Of a DNA stretch of 64,000 nucleotides, positions 38,601 through 50,021 are shown in pieces. The position numbers and the translations under genes are program-made. The number at the start of each line of letters is the position of its first letter. Positions within the stretch are counted from its first letter, which is position 1. The notes under the pieces are model-generated. The model searched no databases and had not been told where the DNA came from. It was given only the letters and a program-made list of their open reading frames with translations. Source of the stretch: Lingula anatina (lineage: Eukaryota; Animalia; Brachiopoda); assembly GCA_051362555.1 (NCBI GenBank), contig CM120640.1:50136788-50200787 (forward strand). The letters are read 5' to 3'.

Positions 38601-41600
38601 ATAAATGTAAGTTGAAATGCTAAGCTACAAAAAATTAATCTTTTTCAATCTATTTGGTTTTGGAGATCAAATAAGTCTGGTTTCTATTGAATGATTTTAT
38701 TGACTGATCACAGACAAGCTGTACTGCTAAGACCTAAACCATTATCAACTAAATGTTGTATCACACTGAGAGAACAAATCTGGGAGCTCAGACCATTAAC
38801 CCTCCTGTGATAGATTTTCTGTTTCCATAAAGTCTTTGTAAAAATTGCACTTATATTTTTTCTGTCAATTTATAGATTCGCTGATACCTTTCCTCAGTAG
38901 AAGAAATGGATTTCTCTGAAAATCCATCAAAAGAACCTTTTCCAAGTCGTATATAAAAGTTCTGGCAATCTAGCAATTTCACCTATATAACCTTATATAT
39001 GCATGCTTAAATAGCAGTCGTTTTGTATTTGAATTATATCAGTTTTATATCAATTTCCCCATAATTTTCTTAGTTTGAATATTCCTTATAACAGAGTATG
39101 CCCGACTCTGCTGTCAGACACCTCACTGCTTTATAACCACAATACCCAGCTCAATGTATTCACTATACAACTCTGTACACATTTTAGGTCAAGACAGCTG
39201 CTGGTGAATACATATCTCCATGGTCATAGCAATGTTGGGAGTATAGTCTTTAACTTCCTTTTTTTTTTCTTTTGTGTGTCATTTTTCTTTTTTGTTCTTT
39301 TCTCTTTTAAGGTTTTTCCACCTCTGTATTATCTACACTTTCTACTGTGTTGCTGTACCTATCCATCCAGAATACCAGCAGATCTCACACCATTTCTGCC
39401 CTGTCTGTATATGTTGCTTTGTTCACTAAGATAATTATTCCTTTCCACCATTGTTCAGTTTAGATAGATACTAGCTATTCGTCAATTGATTACACAAAAG
39501 AATCAATATTTATCCTCTATTTAAACGTATTTCCTTGGCATGTCTTAATTTGTAAATTTCCCCATTCAAGAGAATTCTGTCGATGTCTTTGAACTTCCAC
39601 CTTGACTTTGCTGTCTTATAAAGTGCTTTTATATTTAACAATCTTTCTTAATTATCAGGTGACAACTGTTCTAAAACATTAATTGTATGTACTCAGAAAA
39701 TACTTAGAAATTTTTCATAGAAAGTCAAAAGCTGAAAATGAACACTTTTTGTGGCTCTGTAGTATTTATCTGTACCTGTCCTGTTAGACCATATGTACTG
39801 TGATCAGCCTGTTGAGATGACAATTAAAACATGGAAATAATGTGAACTTGCCTATAAATAAAGAATATTTTTGTGCCCAAAGTGCAGATAAAAAAAGGAA
39901 AAGGTTAAGGAAAAATTTAGGTCAGCTGAGGTGAACCAACATGTGAATAAAATACCTTCAGCATCTTTTAACAAGTCTGTATTAATGTAAACCAGTGTCA
40001 GACTTGATCAAATAATTATGTAAGGTTCAGTAACTTGTGAAAACAGTCAGGAAGGACTTGTTTTGGCCTATCACCAAAACCCTTTTATAATGCAGACATA
40101 TTTTATGCATTATTTCATTGGTAGGTTTCTTAGTCAATTTAAAGGATGCATCGATCGCAATGTTGGTGCAAAAACAGTAAATGCCCTTGGCAATTTTTTG
40201 TGGTGCATTTCACAAATGATGCAACTCACTCAAGTGTTTCGTTAATTCCTTAATTGTTCCCTATGTGTTTGACTTCAGTTTGCAGCTTGCTGTTGAAATG
40301 TGAAGATCAGAGGCTCTATTGTAGCTAATAGGATGAGCAGATAGAGAGATGTTATCAGTTTGACAATGGGTTTAATGTGGATTTCCACCTTGCCTCGAAA
40401 AAAATTTAATCGACTTTGTTACTTGGAACAAATTTATGTTTCACATTTGAAAAAATCGAATTCGAATTATTCGAGATTTCCAGTCTTCATTTCGATGCGG
40501 TAAGTTGCTTATAAAATTTTTAAGATGTTGAAAATATCTCTTATGCAAGGTGACTCGATTAATAATCTGGATGCTAGTGTTCCTTATGTCCCTACAAGCA
40601 TGCGTCAAAACAATTTGTCAGCTTGGATCAAGTGTGGCGGCCATCTTTAAAACGATGGCGCTAGTGTTCTTGCATGGCCGTCTGGGTCACGCTTAGTGCC
40701 ACGTCAAGTAAGTGCATTAGCATATGCCAGACGCGGGTCAAATAGTTGATTGAAAGGTTATGGATTTAATCTAAGGCGGCTTGCTTTAATGTATGATCGT
40801 TTCAAATTTTTGTCCAATCAGATAGCTTTTTCTATTTTTCTTGTCACGGTGTCAGAAGCTCCCTGTTGACTTAAGCCTGTGCAATAGAAAGTGTGGATCT
40901 GTACTATTTATTCAGAAAGGACATGTTCTTTATTAATCATTGCGTTAAGAAAGCCTTTTTTCGCTGCAGGAGATCGTATATGAAGAAATCAGATCACCGT
41001 ATTTTAAGGAAATTATTGCGATGGACAATAGCATTTTATTTGCCTTTTTGAGCTTGTCATATCACTGCCGTCACTTTTACCAGTCAGATCTTTGTCTCTC
41101 TAATCCTTCATAATTGAGTGATTGAGACATCTATAAATATTGTACTGTCCAGGGCAGATGGGGTCATGTCAATTGACGACACATGTCAATATGGCCGTTT
41201 TAATCTCAATGTTTATGGAAGCCTTTAGTACACCATTGCAAGATCAAAAGCAATGGGCGTCAATGTGAGGTGCGGTACCATGGTCATTCAGAAAAATTAA
41301 ATAACAGGTCAGATTAAGGGCAGCTAGTACAGATTAAGTCGCCTATTTCTTTTACTTGGGTCACATCCGCTGAGGGGCGCTCTTGTCGCATCATCACTGT
41401 TCATAGCGATCGATCTTGCATCAAATTTAGAAAAACTTTAGATAGCAATAAAGCAAATTTTATTTTAGTCTAACCATATGGGAATAGGGATTTGTCAGAG
41501 TACATCTCAGGATTATGATTGAGGAGTGATTGTGTATGAGGTTAAAAAAGTACTCCAGGGCAGATTTGGGTGTTCATTAGAGCAGTAAGGGGCGGATTAA

Positions 41601-44600
41601 CTCACCAGAAGGGAAGGGTTCTTCAGGCCCAGTGCAAATAAAAATTATGTGCATTGTACCAGTGCTAAATGTCTGTCAGGTTCAGGAAATTGTTTTTGTG
41701 AGGTAGCGAGTATTTTTTTTCCACAAAACGACGATAGCGCGGACTGATCGATCGCAGTAGAGTTTAATTGGTCATTACAGAAGGGTTCAAATATAATGAA
41801 ATATTAGGTCTCCAATTTGAACTAAGTTGTTATTGATGGTTAAACCATTTGAAGAATTTGGGCCAGATCATTGGAAAAAAAAATGTCAGACCAATGGGCT
41901 CATCCAGTAGCCATTTTGTATGTCCGCCATCTTGGCTCTACTGGGGTCTTGAGCTAGTGATTGGTTAGGTAATCTGAGCGGTCAGGGGGTCAGCTTCACA
42001 ATAAGTGTAATTTGTGCATGTGAAATGAAAACAGAACTGTGTTTATATCACACTTGATCTTGAATCTTTCCCTAACAAAAGACTGGTGTATGATGCATTT
42101 TTATGAAAGATTTACACAAATATTTGCTTTTGCTGTTGAGGCTAGTAGGTTTTTGTGGAATGGAAGAATCTTTACTTTACTTCCCATCTATTGAGAAAAA
42201 ATGCAATGTCAGCTTGGAGGTCATAGATTTTTTCTTATAGGATTTTGGAAAAATTCCTAAATAAAATATGTCACAATGATCTCATTGTGTGCAATTTGCT
42301 ATTTGTAACTGTCGTATCTTGAAGAATATTCAGTATATCATATTATCTTGTTAATTCCACGTTTAAGATTATCCCATTTTTTTTAAAACGTAACTTTCAT
42401 AGTTTGTTTAGAAATGACAAATTTAAGAAAAAATAATCACGTTCTTTCATATTATACAACTAGGTCAGTGTTTGCAAAATTGGCCTCGAGCTGAAAAATA
42501 CCAGGTTCGTTGGCCGTTAAGTCTCATTGTCTTAGAAAATTCCACAAGATGGCGATGTGAATAGGTGGAGGTCAAGAGTGAAACATGGTCCACATCAAAG
42601 TCTTCAGTTAAAAGCCGCATTGTTAGTCACCATCTTTTTTTTTTCCACATTTCAACTAAATAACCTTTCAAAAATGGAGTTCATCTAGTTGAAGTACCCA
42701 GTATGTAGAACATGCATTCATCCTGTTGTAATCACGCTAACAAGAAAGATGCTTAAAGCGTGCAGCTTGCCTGAGCATTACAAATTTGTACGCTTACAGT
42801 TTTAATTTTGTTAGGGTGGTATATTCAACATCTGTTGATGTTAGTGTTAAGGAAATGTCGCATCAGATCATAAGCCTCAGTGGACATGGGACATGGCTTG
42901 TACCAATTGACATTACAGTACAGGATGCACTTACAACATTGCACACAAGAGTCTGCAGTCCCTGCAGGGGGAGATTATAGGGGGTCCTCAATGGCTGACA
43001 CATGACCCTCACTCTCTTCAAATAACTCAATATCAACTTGTTTTGTTCAGTGAAAACCTTTTGGCAATTTTTTTATACTTTCGCACTCACCCTTGTATAG
43101 TCCACTTTGCTAGAATTATTTGTGTCCGTGATCAAGATCTGGTCTACCTGTTAGATAATTTTATTTGATTTTTAATTAATTTAGGGAAGTATGGCTTGTT
43201 ACTGTTAAATTTTTATGAAGTATTTTAAGATGTAAAGTAGTGAAAGGAAAATTAAGAAGAAGAAGAACCTGAACGTTCCATGATTCCATGCAGTTATCAT
43301 ATACATGAAACTTCTTAGTCTTGTAAGATTGCCAATAATAACATTATGATTCATATATTTAGAGTGCTTCCTACCTAAACTACGAGTATATACTATGTAG
43401 AAATAATCTGACTGGTCTGGTGGTCAGTCTAATCCCTGTCTGGACAATTAATCCTCTGTTTGTTGTGATCATTGTGGTTCATTGATTTCTAGAGTACTAA
43501 GTGAGCCAATAAGGTAATGGGATTGTGGTGGGTCATCCATTGGCTATTACACTTAGGGACAGCTTAAATGGTGGACCAGAGCATGGACAGTACTTGTAGT
43601 AATGAAAAAATCTCCAGGTATATAACAGCTTTAAACTGAGGAGATTACTTCGGTTAAAGAGATCTCATTCAAGTACTTCAGAGACCACTGCCTGGCTGGA
43701 TGCCCATGTGAACCAGGTGCTCTAGTGCTAGAAAATATTACTTGAAGATAAATAGATCCTTTTCAGTTGATATAATAAATATGTAGAAGAAATAGCTTTT
43801 GGTAGATATTATTTTAATTTTTAAGTTTTTATTGTAACTTTAAATCAAATAGCAGGGGGAAGGAAAAAAGTAGCAAAACAAAAGAAAAAACATGCAGATG
43901 TTTATATGAACAAGATGGTTTAACATGAATGGACTCAACTATATCTTGTATGTTGTTTATCTTTTCACATGCGTAAACTTCAGCAAAAGCAGGGCCTCTC
44001 CACAATGAGTGTCAGTGTCACTTGTCCCCTAGCTGTGTGGGGGTCTAGCAGTGGCATGGAGGTGCTTGCAATTTGTTCTCAGAATAAAAACCCTCATCAA
44101 AATGTTCACTGAACTTTGCATCTGCTCCTTTATCGACACCTTTCTCTTCCCTGGACAACAGAAGGAATTCTAATTTCTCATTGCCTTTTTGATTGTAGAT
44201 TGAATTTGTTTAACCCTTGTTCAGCTCCTGTTGGCCTGGGGCAGTGGTTGTTTTAAAAAAGAGAGGTGCCCAGGTATTTTCTGTGTGTTACCAAGCTCGT
44301 TTAATTGAGTAATGTCACTAGGTCTCCTGTCCATTGAGACACAGGATTTGGTGTGTGTTGAAACCTTGGTTTTTTAGGTTCAGTACCATAACAATAATAT
44401 TTGAGGTTCTTTGCTTGATATTTGTAGAGTTCAACCACAGAATTGTATTTTATGTGTGCTTGGGCAGTGATCCAGGAAAGTTGTTTATTCTTCATAAAAG
44501 TATTTTAAATGCTGACAGAAAAGAAGTGTGAAATGTGGGTATTTGAGGTGGAGAGTGCTGTATTTGTCAACACTGACTGGGTACTACTGTATCTTTATTA

Positions 44601-47600
44601 AGATCAGTAAGTAGCTTACCAGTAGTATACAGTATTGGTATATTTTGAATTTTCATCCAAGAGAAATCTGCTAAACATTACTGTGCATTTTCCAATTTTT
44701 TTTTTTTTTTTTTCAAAATTGAAAAAAAAGTACAATGATAATAATCAAGTACTTCCCTTAAATTTATTGGGTAAAAAAGACAATGCAAAGAAATGAAAAT
44801 TGCATGCATCTGACTTTTGTGAGATGTAATTTTCATCTTTAGTGCATTTTTCACCGCCGTGCTGGCGCATGTTCACGTGACTACCGTGCAAAGACATACA
44901 ATTAAATATAATGACGTACAAGCTGCATAGGATCAGGGGTCATCAGTGCTGCTGCATCCTTGCATATTTAATCTGCGCTTGCCAGATTGACAGTTAAATT
45001 GTCAGTTAATCCTCTTGGTTTACCAAGTCTCAGTGAGGATTTTTCTTAATAGTACCTGATTTTTGTTCTGATCAGATAAAAGGGGTCTTCATTAAGTAGT
45101 GCCGCTGGCATGAACTCTACGACAATAAATCTTGTAATGAAATTTTCTCAATTTTTTACCGAATAACCCAGATAATCTCACTAAGGCACTTAAAACGAAC
45201 AATTAACATACTTTAATTTTTATGTGTAATGCATGCCAGCTGTCAAGCCTTGATCATCCTTTTTTAAAAAACACTACAGCACATATTATCACTGTGATGC
45301 ACATTTTTATTTCACAATTGCTGATATTTGCCAGAAATGTTAAAGACTTCAGTAGCAGAGTAATGTTGAAGGAATAAAATGGTAAATTTATTTTTTTTTC
45401 CATTTTTTATTTTATTTGTTTATTTATTTATTTTTTATTTTATTATTATTATTATTTTTTATTATTATTATTATTTTTTTTTATTTTATTTTTTTTTTTG
45501 CAAAATTTCTGCTCAAATGATTTAATAGGTAAAATGTAAATTATTTTTTCCACTTGTTGAAAAACAGCTCAAAATGTGTCAATTAAAACAGAGTTAATGA
45601 TTAAATTGTATGCCATGGTGTATGTTCAGACATATCCCTGAAATGAAAAAAATGTACTTAATTAGCAAATGTCCCTTTAAAATTGTTTTTGTTGCAAGCA
45701 GTGAGTGAGTGGTGTCCATATTGCTTGTCCCCATGATGTGATTAAGCCAGCTATTACAGCCAACAGCATGGTTGCATGAATAGCACCAATTGCTGAATAT
45801 TCTTTGCAGCAAATTGTATGAATAAACAAGTTATGGATCAATAATTGTATGAATGCTTCAACCTGCGCAACCTATTTACTGTTCTTGCAGGTCTTTGCCG
45901 CATTGCCTGATGTCTATTGTTGACTTCAAAGTTCAGAGAAATGAATGTCATCACCCAAGGAAATTATACCACATTCTGGCATAACACATTGCAGTTATGT
46001 TTCAAGAAATAATTGATGACAACCTTTAAATCAAACTGTCCTCAGGTTCCCTCGGGTTGTTTAATAATGTACAGTAATTGCAAGATTGAAGTGTTACAAT
46101 TAGTTGTATTTCTGTTAATAATTTTGTTGTCGTTCCATCACTTCGTTGATATTTTCATGGTGGGTGAATTCTTCTAATAGCAGGTGCAGGTCATTGGGTA
46201 AACTCATGTCACATGACCCTCAATTATTGAATCAAGCCTACATAGCCATGCTTGAGTGGATGGCATCGTGAAACTTAGTATTGATCTTTGTGTACTGGTT
46301 AAAAGTGAACCATGTCAAGCATGAATTTTCCCTTTAACATGAGCAACACATCAATGAAAAAAGTACAATTGAAATTCTTTGCAGTGATAGTGTCAAGCTA
46401 AACATATTTGTAGAAGCTTACGAAACATGGAAGGGAGTTGACTCCATCTTTCATTAAGCCATGAATAGCAACGAGAATGTGCTTCTGCATTTAATTGAAA
46501 CCAGTGAAACATCAAAGTCGCAGATTTATGTTGTTTTTTTATCTAATTGAACACTTTTTATTTGGCTTCTTTCCTGTCAGCACTTTGGGAAAAGAAAAGA
46601 TCTTTTTTCTCATCACCTGGAATAAATAGATGTAATTAAGAGAAAGCTTTGCTTGAGAAAATGACTCAAATGGTAGTCCTGGGGCTATTTGGTCAACCAA
46701 CACACACCCCTAAGATGTGGCAGGGCAGCTCCATTGTGTAAGCCTCCTGATGCCTACCCCTGTGACTGCAGCACAGAGGTGGAGACCCAAGGGTCAGTGA
46801 GAACTAATATTTGCTGATAGCTGAACAAGGCCTGTTTACAGTGCTGTGTATACTGTCCCATCTTTGGCTGTCACACATGGATAGCACGTCTATTGTCTTG
46901 GGCTCAATCTCTTGGGGCAGTTTACTTTGATGGGTGCAAACTTTTACGGTGTGTGGTATCTTGGGGGTGGGGACTGAGACCGGTAATGTAGAAACATTGA
47001 CATCATCTTTTCTCTGATGATTTCAAGTTCAGAAGAAAGGGTATTGGTTCCCTCACCTCTGTGTTGACTGTTTGACTGGGGGGTGCTCAATGTTAATGAC
47101 ATTACTGCTGATTGGTATTTCAGTAATGAAAAAAGTGATTGGTTGGCTGGTTTGAAATGTGAATGTGAGTTTTAGCTCATTTACTGTAACCAATGGAAAT
47201 TTTTCCTTTTGTCAATATTTTATGTAACCAATGAAAAACTTTGTCTGTGTCGATTTGTCTGCTCCTCTACAGGAAAATGCTGACCCAAGAATATTATTTC
47301 AGAGAAGGCCCCTTCATTATTCTGTTTTATGTTTTGAAACTCACTTAACAAATTAATGGATACCTTGCCCCTATTCTTTCCTTTAATTTATTTCTATGAT
47401 AGATCTGAAATCTGGAGGGCAAGTAGGCTAAAGTGCCCTGGAACTCAAAATTAACTGTAGCTCATTAATCTCTTTCTTTACATTGCATACTAATTGACTA
47501 AGGTGTTGTCAATTCATTCTGGGCTAGCACCCTTTTACAAATATGTGTTATTAATGGTAAATGTATTTTGTTAAAACATTCTATTATTCAAAACCAGTCT

Positions 47601-50021
47601 TATTTCTTGCTCAATTGATTTATCAAAAACCAGATCATGGGGAGGCAATTTAAATCAATCTCTAACAAGGGCATCTTTGTGCTTTTGTTTATATAGGTGT
47701 GGTATCCATTGATTACATTACACAGTTGAAGAATGCTACATTTAAGTGAACAACAGACTTTTTAATAACACACACACACACGTCACAATTTTTAAAAAAT
47801 CAAAATGGCCTCCAATGCCATTTAATTAAGGAGAGTAAAATAAACACGACATTGCAGTGCTGTCTAAAAGGTTTACCTGAAAGGATAACAACTGTTCATT
47901 TTCACCAAAAATGGATTTTCCTGGCCTAAACGATAATTTTCACATACTTACCAATAGTGAAGTTAGTCAATGGTTATTAAAAAAAGGTTTGGTTTTTGTA
48001 ATAATCTCTGAAGAAAATACTACAGAGGGAAGCCATCTATGAAGGTCACATGGTCCGATGGCAAACACAGATTCCAGAATGATTGTGATAACTGCTATTT
48101 TCGTGATAGAATAGAATTTAAAATATGGGTTGTTTACAATGTATTTATTATAAAATATGAGTCTCATACAGTTGTTACCCTTTTGATTCTTTGTCAGAAT
48201 GTATTTTTCAAGGCTCAATGACACAGTAAGATTTAAAAAGTACATCAAACTTTTGAATGGCCATTATGGTTCCCCAAAAGTGATTCTCTTTTTGGCAGAT
48301 GTAATTTTGAACTGGTAATACAGTATTATCAGACCCATTTCATGCAAGTCATGCACGGACTTACAATAGCAAGATAGTGCAATTGAAATTTTATAGATAG
48401 CTCCTCTGGAATGTAAAATAAAAAAAGAGAGAAATCGGTTTATTATGTATAATCATTGGATTATTTGAAGCTGTGAGTAGTTTCTTTATGTCAAATTTTG
48501 AATCCTCAGTGTGCTCTGATTGCCATAACAATGTATTACGGTAAAAGAGGGATTTCCATTGAATAACCATTATGTGAGTCATGTGACTGAGTCTTTTGCA
48601 TAAGATCTTATTTGCCTGTCTTGCAGAAAACCAAAATTGTGTACTTACTTGTCCAGGGAAAGGTCCCAAGGGCAACATGTGTATTTGGGACAGGTTGAAG
48701 TTTTATCTTTTAAATATAAACTGGTCCATTAGACCAGTTTTACCACCAAATATGAAATCCCCATGAAATTGATTGAAAGCTTTTTTAGAAACACAAAGCA
48801 TAATGCCAGAATTTGTTGTAATAAATGTGTATTGATCTCAAATTAAAAGCAAAGTTTGTCAATAACTTTGTACTTAGTTCATACACCAGTTGCACAGAAA
48901 ATATTGGTTTATGTATTTCTTATGTGAACCGTATCCGTTTGGGTTCTGTACCAAAGAAGCCATCATGGTACATCTGCAAGAAATCACAGATTAAAGGCAA
49001 TATTGATGTCAAATGTGAATTACAGAAAGAACGAGCCACTCAAATTCCAATTACGAAAAATGTGTAGATACTTAGCACACAATTACATACAATATTGTCC
49101 TTTCAGAAGAAGACATGAGTGATAAATTTTTTTAATATCAACAAATGGCATTACTTTATTTTCGAAATTGTTGAGAGATTTGATCTGTTGCACCCAAAGA
49201 AAGATTGAAGATTCCACATTATGAATTGGTGAAATAACACTGTACAAAGACTGATTTCACTGCCCTGCCCACCCACTGTGACCATTGTTAAGCATTGAGA
49301 TTTTAAAAAAAACACTGTGCAAACACCCATTCTGCAAAAATTACAATTGTTTAAGTCTTAATTTTTTAACAAATTCCTGTTTTTAGCTGAAACATTACCC
49401 ATGAAGATAAAGCCTGCTGCCAGAGCCCAGAACATTTGACAGATTATAACAACAAGAAGTGGAATAGATACTTATGATTATTTCAAATCTTCGATAAAAT
49501 CCTGCAGAATTTGCACATAAAATTTATTTGATACTCAAAATGTCTTCTTAGGTATTAAAACCATTTTACTTTTCAGAAATATTTTGTATCTTACAGACCT
49601 TCCTTTTTTCTCTTAGATTTGTTTTGTCTTTTTATGTACAAGTTTACAATTGATCCAGATGTTTACTTAGTATTTTGTAGCTTTTTAACACAAAATGCTC
49701 ATTTGAGCATACGAGCGTCCTGTTGAGGCCTTTGGGGTGTTATTCCTATTGATTCCTTTCAGTCCTATTTCGTCCTGTACGAAAAAAACAAGTAGCCATA
49801 TTGGAACCTACTCGCAGATGAGATGTGAGGACTTGTGAGCTGTCAGGTAGGACACTATCTCTTATCTATTTTTAATTGTCGATTTCTTTCAGGAGTTAGG
49901 AACAGAAATTATCTTGACCTTGGGTGAAGCATTTGAAGTAGCATATCAAGTGGCAATGAAGGAAAAGGCCGAAGAATCTGCTGCCCAATTCGAAGAAGGG
50001 TTGTGGATAGGATCCCAGTAG
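2209..50021 (+). CDS. ANKS1: ANKS1-family (ANKS1A/Odin, ANKS1B/AIDA-1-like) ankyrin-SAM-SAM-PTB adaptor gene, 5'-partial, 20-exon model
   Basis: Join of 2209-2284, 2627-2734, 5349-5853, 9586-9695, 12798-12922, 13142-13649, 14733-14902, 15278-15698, 24774-25051, 27361-27454, 28190-28293, 28804-28915, 29124-29260, 29479-29571, 29897-30100, 30479-30607, 30863-30934, 33706-33792, 36878-37015, 49893-50021. All introns are GT-AG with matching phases; total 3600 nt open to TAG. The ANK, SAM, SAM, PTB order is diagnostic of ANKS1 rather than Caskin. Earlier ankyrin exons lie upstream of the window. Confidence 0.95.
2627..2734 (+). CDS. ANKS1: ANKS1 exon, ankyrin C-cap ([36 protein letters not shown])
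   Basis: gatcag acceptor and gtgagc donor; ankyrin hairpin-like I-N---TAL; phase 1 to 1. Confidence 0.9.
5349..5853 (+). CDS. ANKS1: ANKS1 linker exon, Pro/Tyr-rich ([28 protein letters not shown])
   Basis: Corresponds to ORF 5354-5857; cttgcag acceptor and gtaaga donor; phase 1 to 2. Confidence 0.9.
6128..6289. repeat. Perfect 81-bp tandem duplication (2 copies)
   Basis: taataatataattaaatctcagcttgagg...ctgattaaataaa at 6128-6208 and 6209-6289. Confidence 0.95.
9586..9695 (+). CDS. ANKS1: ANKS1 linker exon ([37 protein letters not shown])
   Basis: tatttctag acceptor and gtaaga donor; phase 2 to 1 bridges the neighbouring exons exactly. Confidence 0.88.
10240..11085. mobile_element. CpG-rich intronic insertion, probable non-autonomous DNA transposon (boundaries approximate)
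   Basis: CpG-dense block in a CpG-poor intron; imperfect inverted repeats near 10489-10520 (taaaacggccgttattgtaggaaaa) and 11055-11080 (ttttccaaaatgactgccgtttta); perfect 26-bp palindrome at 10847-10872. Confidence 0.55.
12032..12053. repeat. (TA)11 microsatellite
   Basis: Read directly from the sequence. Confidence 0.95.
12798..12922 (+). CDS. ANKS1: ANKS1 linker exon ([42 protein letters not shown])
   Basis: tatccag acceptor and gtaagt donor; phase 1 to 0; too short for the ORF track but required to keep the frame. Confidence 0.88.
13142..13649 (+). CDS. ANKS1: ANKS1 linker exon (PAKPPRR, YENV x2, YELM, YTNV)
   Basis: ttattctcag acceptor and gtaaga donor; contains most of ORF 13229-13663; phase 0 to 1. 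Confidence 0.9.
14733..14902 (+). CDS. ANKS1: ANKS1 linker exon ([20 protein letters not shown]); 5' boundary could also be 14694
   Basis: ctttcttttcag acceptor and gttggt donor; phase 1 to 0; lies within ORF 14675-14920. Confidence 0.85.
15278..15698 (+). CDS. ANKS1: ANKS1 linker exon, acidic, ending NNPFS
   Basis: cattgcag acceptor and gtatga donor; phase 0 to 1. The junction NPFSG|LIRGS resembles the recalled vertebrate motif QFAGLLHGSS. Confidence 0.9.
19150..19237 (+). CDS. ANKS1: Candidate alternative first coding exon ([29 protein letters not shown])
   Basis: ATG-initiated 88 nt ending CAG|gtaaat in phase 1, in frame with the 24774 acceptor; a second in-frame ATG at 19144 and an in-frame stop at 19129. 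Confidence 0.6.
24774..25051 (+). CDS. ANKS1: ANKS1 linker exon (GLIRGS...IYENV...DETEEWAQ)
   Basis: ccattccag acceptor and gtgaga donor; phase 1 to 0; lies within ORF 24743-25060. Confidence 0.92.
26427..26535 (+). CDS. ANKS1: Alternative exon A ([36 protein letters not shown]), paralogue of 27361-27454
   Basis: gttacag acceptor and gtagct donor; 109 nt, phase 0 to 1; protein-level similarity to exon B. Confidence 0.72.
27055..27072 (+). CDS. ANKS1: Candidate 18-nt microexon (GPPAVE)
   Basis: Long pyrimidine tract tttcctgcttctttgcctag, donor AAG|gtgaca, phase 1 to 1; in frame only after exon A. Confidence 0.45.
27361..27454 (+). CDS. ANKS1: Alternative exon B ([31 protein letters not shown])
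   Basis: cctaatcag acceptor and gtaacg donor; 94 nt, phase 0 to 1. EEWAQ|[12 protein letters not shown] matches the recalled vertebrate pre-SAM motif EW-EI-KIMSSI--GI. Confidence 0.88.
28190..28293 (+). CDS. ANKS1: SAM1 first half ([30 protein letters not shown])
   Basis: SAM consensus V--WL---GL-QY; gctgtag acceptor and gtaaga donor. Confidence 0.96.
28804..28915 (+). CDS. ANKS1: SAM1 second half ([37 protein letters not shown])
   Basis: SAM motif DL-EIGI----HR-RI; ttactag acceptor and gtaaca donor. Confidence 0.96.
29124..29260 (+). CDS. ANKS1: SAM2 first half ([40 protein letters not shown])
   Basis: SAM consensus; AAG acceptor required by frame; gtaggt donor. Confidence 0.95.
29479..29571 (+). 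CDS. ANKS1: SAM2 second half ([31 protein letters not shown])
   Basis: [11 protein letters not shown] is the characteristic ANKS1 SAM2 helix; ttcttcag acceptor and gtgagt donor. Confidence 0.97.
29897..30100 (+). CDS. ANKS1: SAM-PTB linker exon (KWNLSPLTG...EGSDP)
   Basis: ttttacag acceptor and gtaaag donor; 204 nt, phase 0 to 0. Confidence 0.85.
30479..30607 (+). CDS. ANKS1: PTB start ([32 protein letters not shown]); NAGNAG acceptor at 30479/30482
   Basis: W-H-PE-LI motif that precedes the ANKS1/Numb-class PTB; acceptor cagcag; donor gtacac. Confidence 0.94.
30624..30682. repeat. Interrupted (TG)n microsatellite
   Basis: Read directly from the sequence; lies just after the 30607 donor. 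Confidence 0.95.
30863..30934 (+). CDS. ANKS1: PTB exon ([24 protein letters not shown])
   Basis: PTB YLGS motif; ttttacag acceptor and gtaagt donor. Confidence 0.97.
32861..32923 (+). CDS. ANKS1: Candidate 63-nt cassette exon inside the PTB domain ([21 protein letters not shown])
   Basis: GC-rich island bounded by gtttag and CAG|gtacag; phase 0 to 0, stop-free in the host frame. The acceptor is weak. Confidence 0.58.
33706..33792 (+). CDS. ANKS1: PTB exon ([29 protein letters not shown])
   Basis: Closely matches recalled ANKS1 [19 protein letters not shown]; ttttccag acceptor and gtatgt donor. Confidence 0.97.
34522..34571 (+). mobile_element. Truncated 5' end of the same HINE-like family, copy 3
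   Basis: T-run, then hairpin TATGTACAGACACA-GA-TGTGTCTGTACATA and tagccattacctgcatctgt, matching 405-452. Confidence 0.75.
35610..35662. repeat. (TG)n microsatellite
   Basis: Read directly from the sequence. Confidence 0.95.
35917..36254. repeat. Imperfect tandem repeat, two units of about 164-174 bp
   Basis: Units start cttagaatatgtat at 35917 and 36081 and share ...gtacac(c/t)taacttca...gttgggaaag...gatcctgaa...gttaaacag...tgacat. Confidence 0.88.
36878..37015 (+). CDS. ANKS1: PTB exon ([46 protein letters not shown])
   Basis: FAYITKD...HYCHVF is the ANKS1 PTB signature; atttcag acceptor and gtatgt donor. Confidence 0.97.
45390..45499. repeat. (TTA)n/(TTTA)n low-complexity tract
   Basis: Read directly; similar tracts at about 8755-8835 and, as an A-rich form, 62725-62800. 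Confidence 0.9.
49893..50021 (+). CDS. ANKS1: Last coding exon, PTB C-terminal helix ([42 protein letters not shown])
   Basis: EIILTLG-AFEVAYQ matches the ANKS1 PTB helix; tttctttcag acceptor; TAG at 50019-50021; missed by the ORF track. Confidence 0.95.
   Translation, partial: ELGTEIILTLGEAFEVAYQVAMKEKAEESAAQFEEGLWIGSQ

Noticed and set aside
40366-40499. 45-codon ATG ORF ending at a gtaagt donor
   Set aside because: The phase-2 donor gives an immediate stop when joined to 49893, and the peptide is not recognisable. Kept only as part of the CpG-island finding.
48407-48417. TGGAATGTAAA, matching the 5' end of miR-1
   Set aside because: The match stops after 11 nt and no precursor hairpin is evident.
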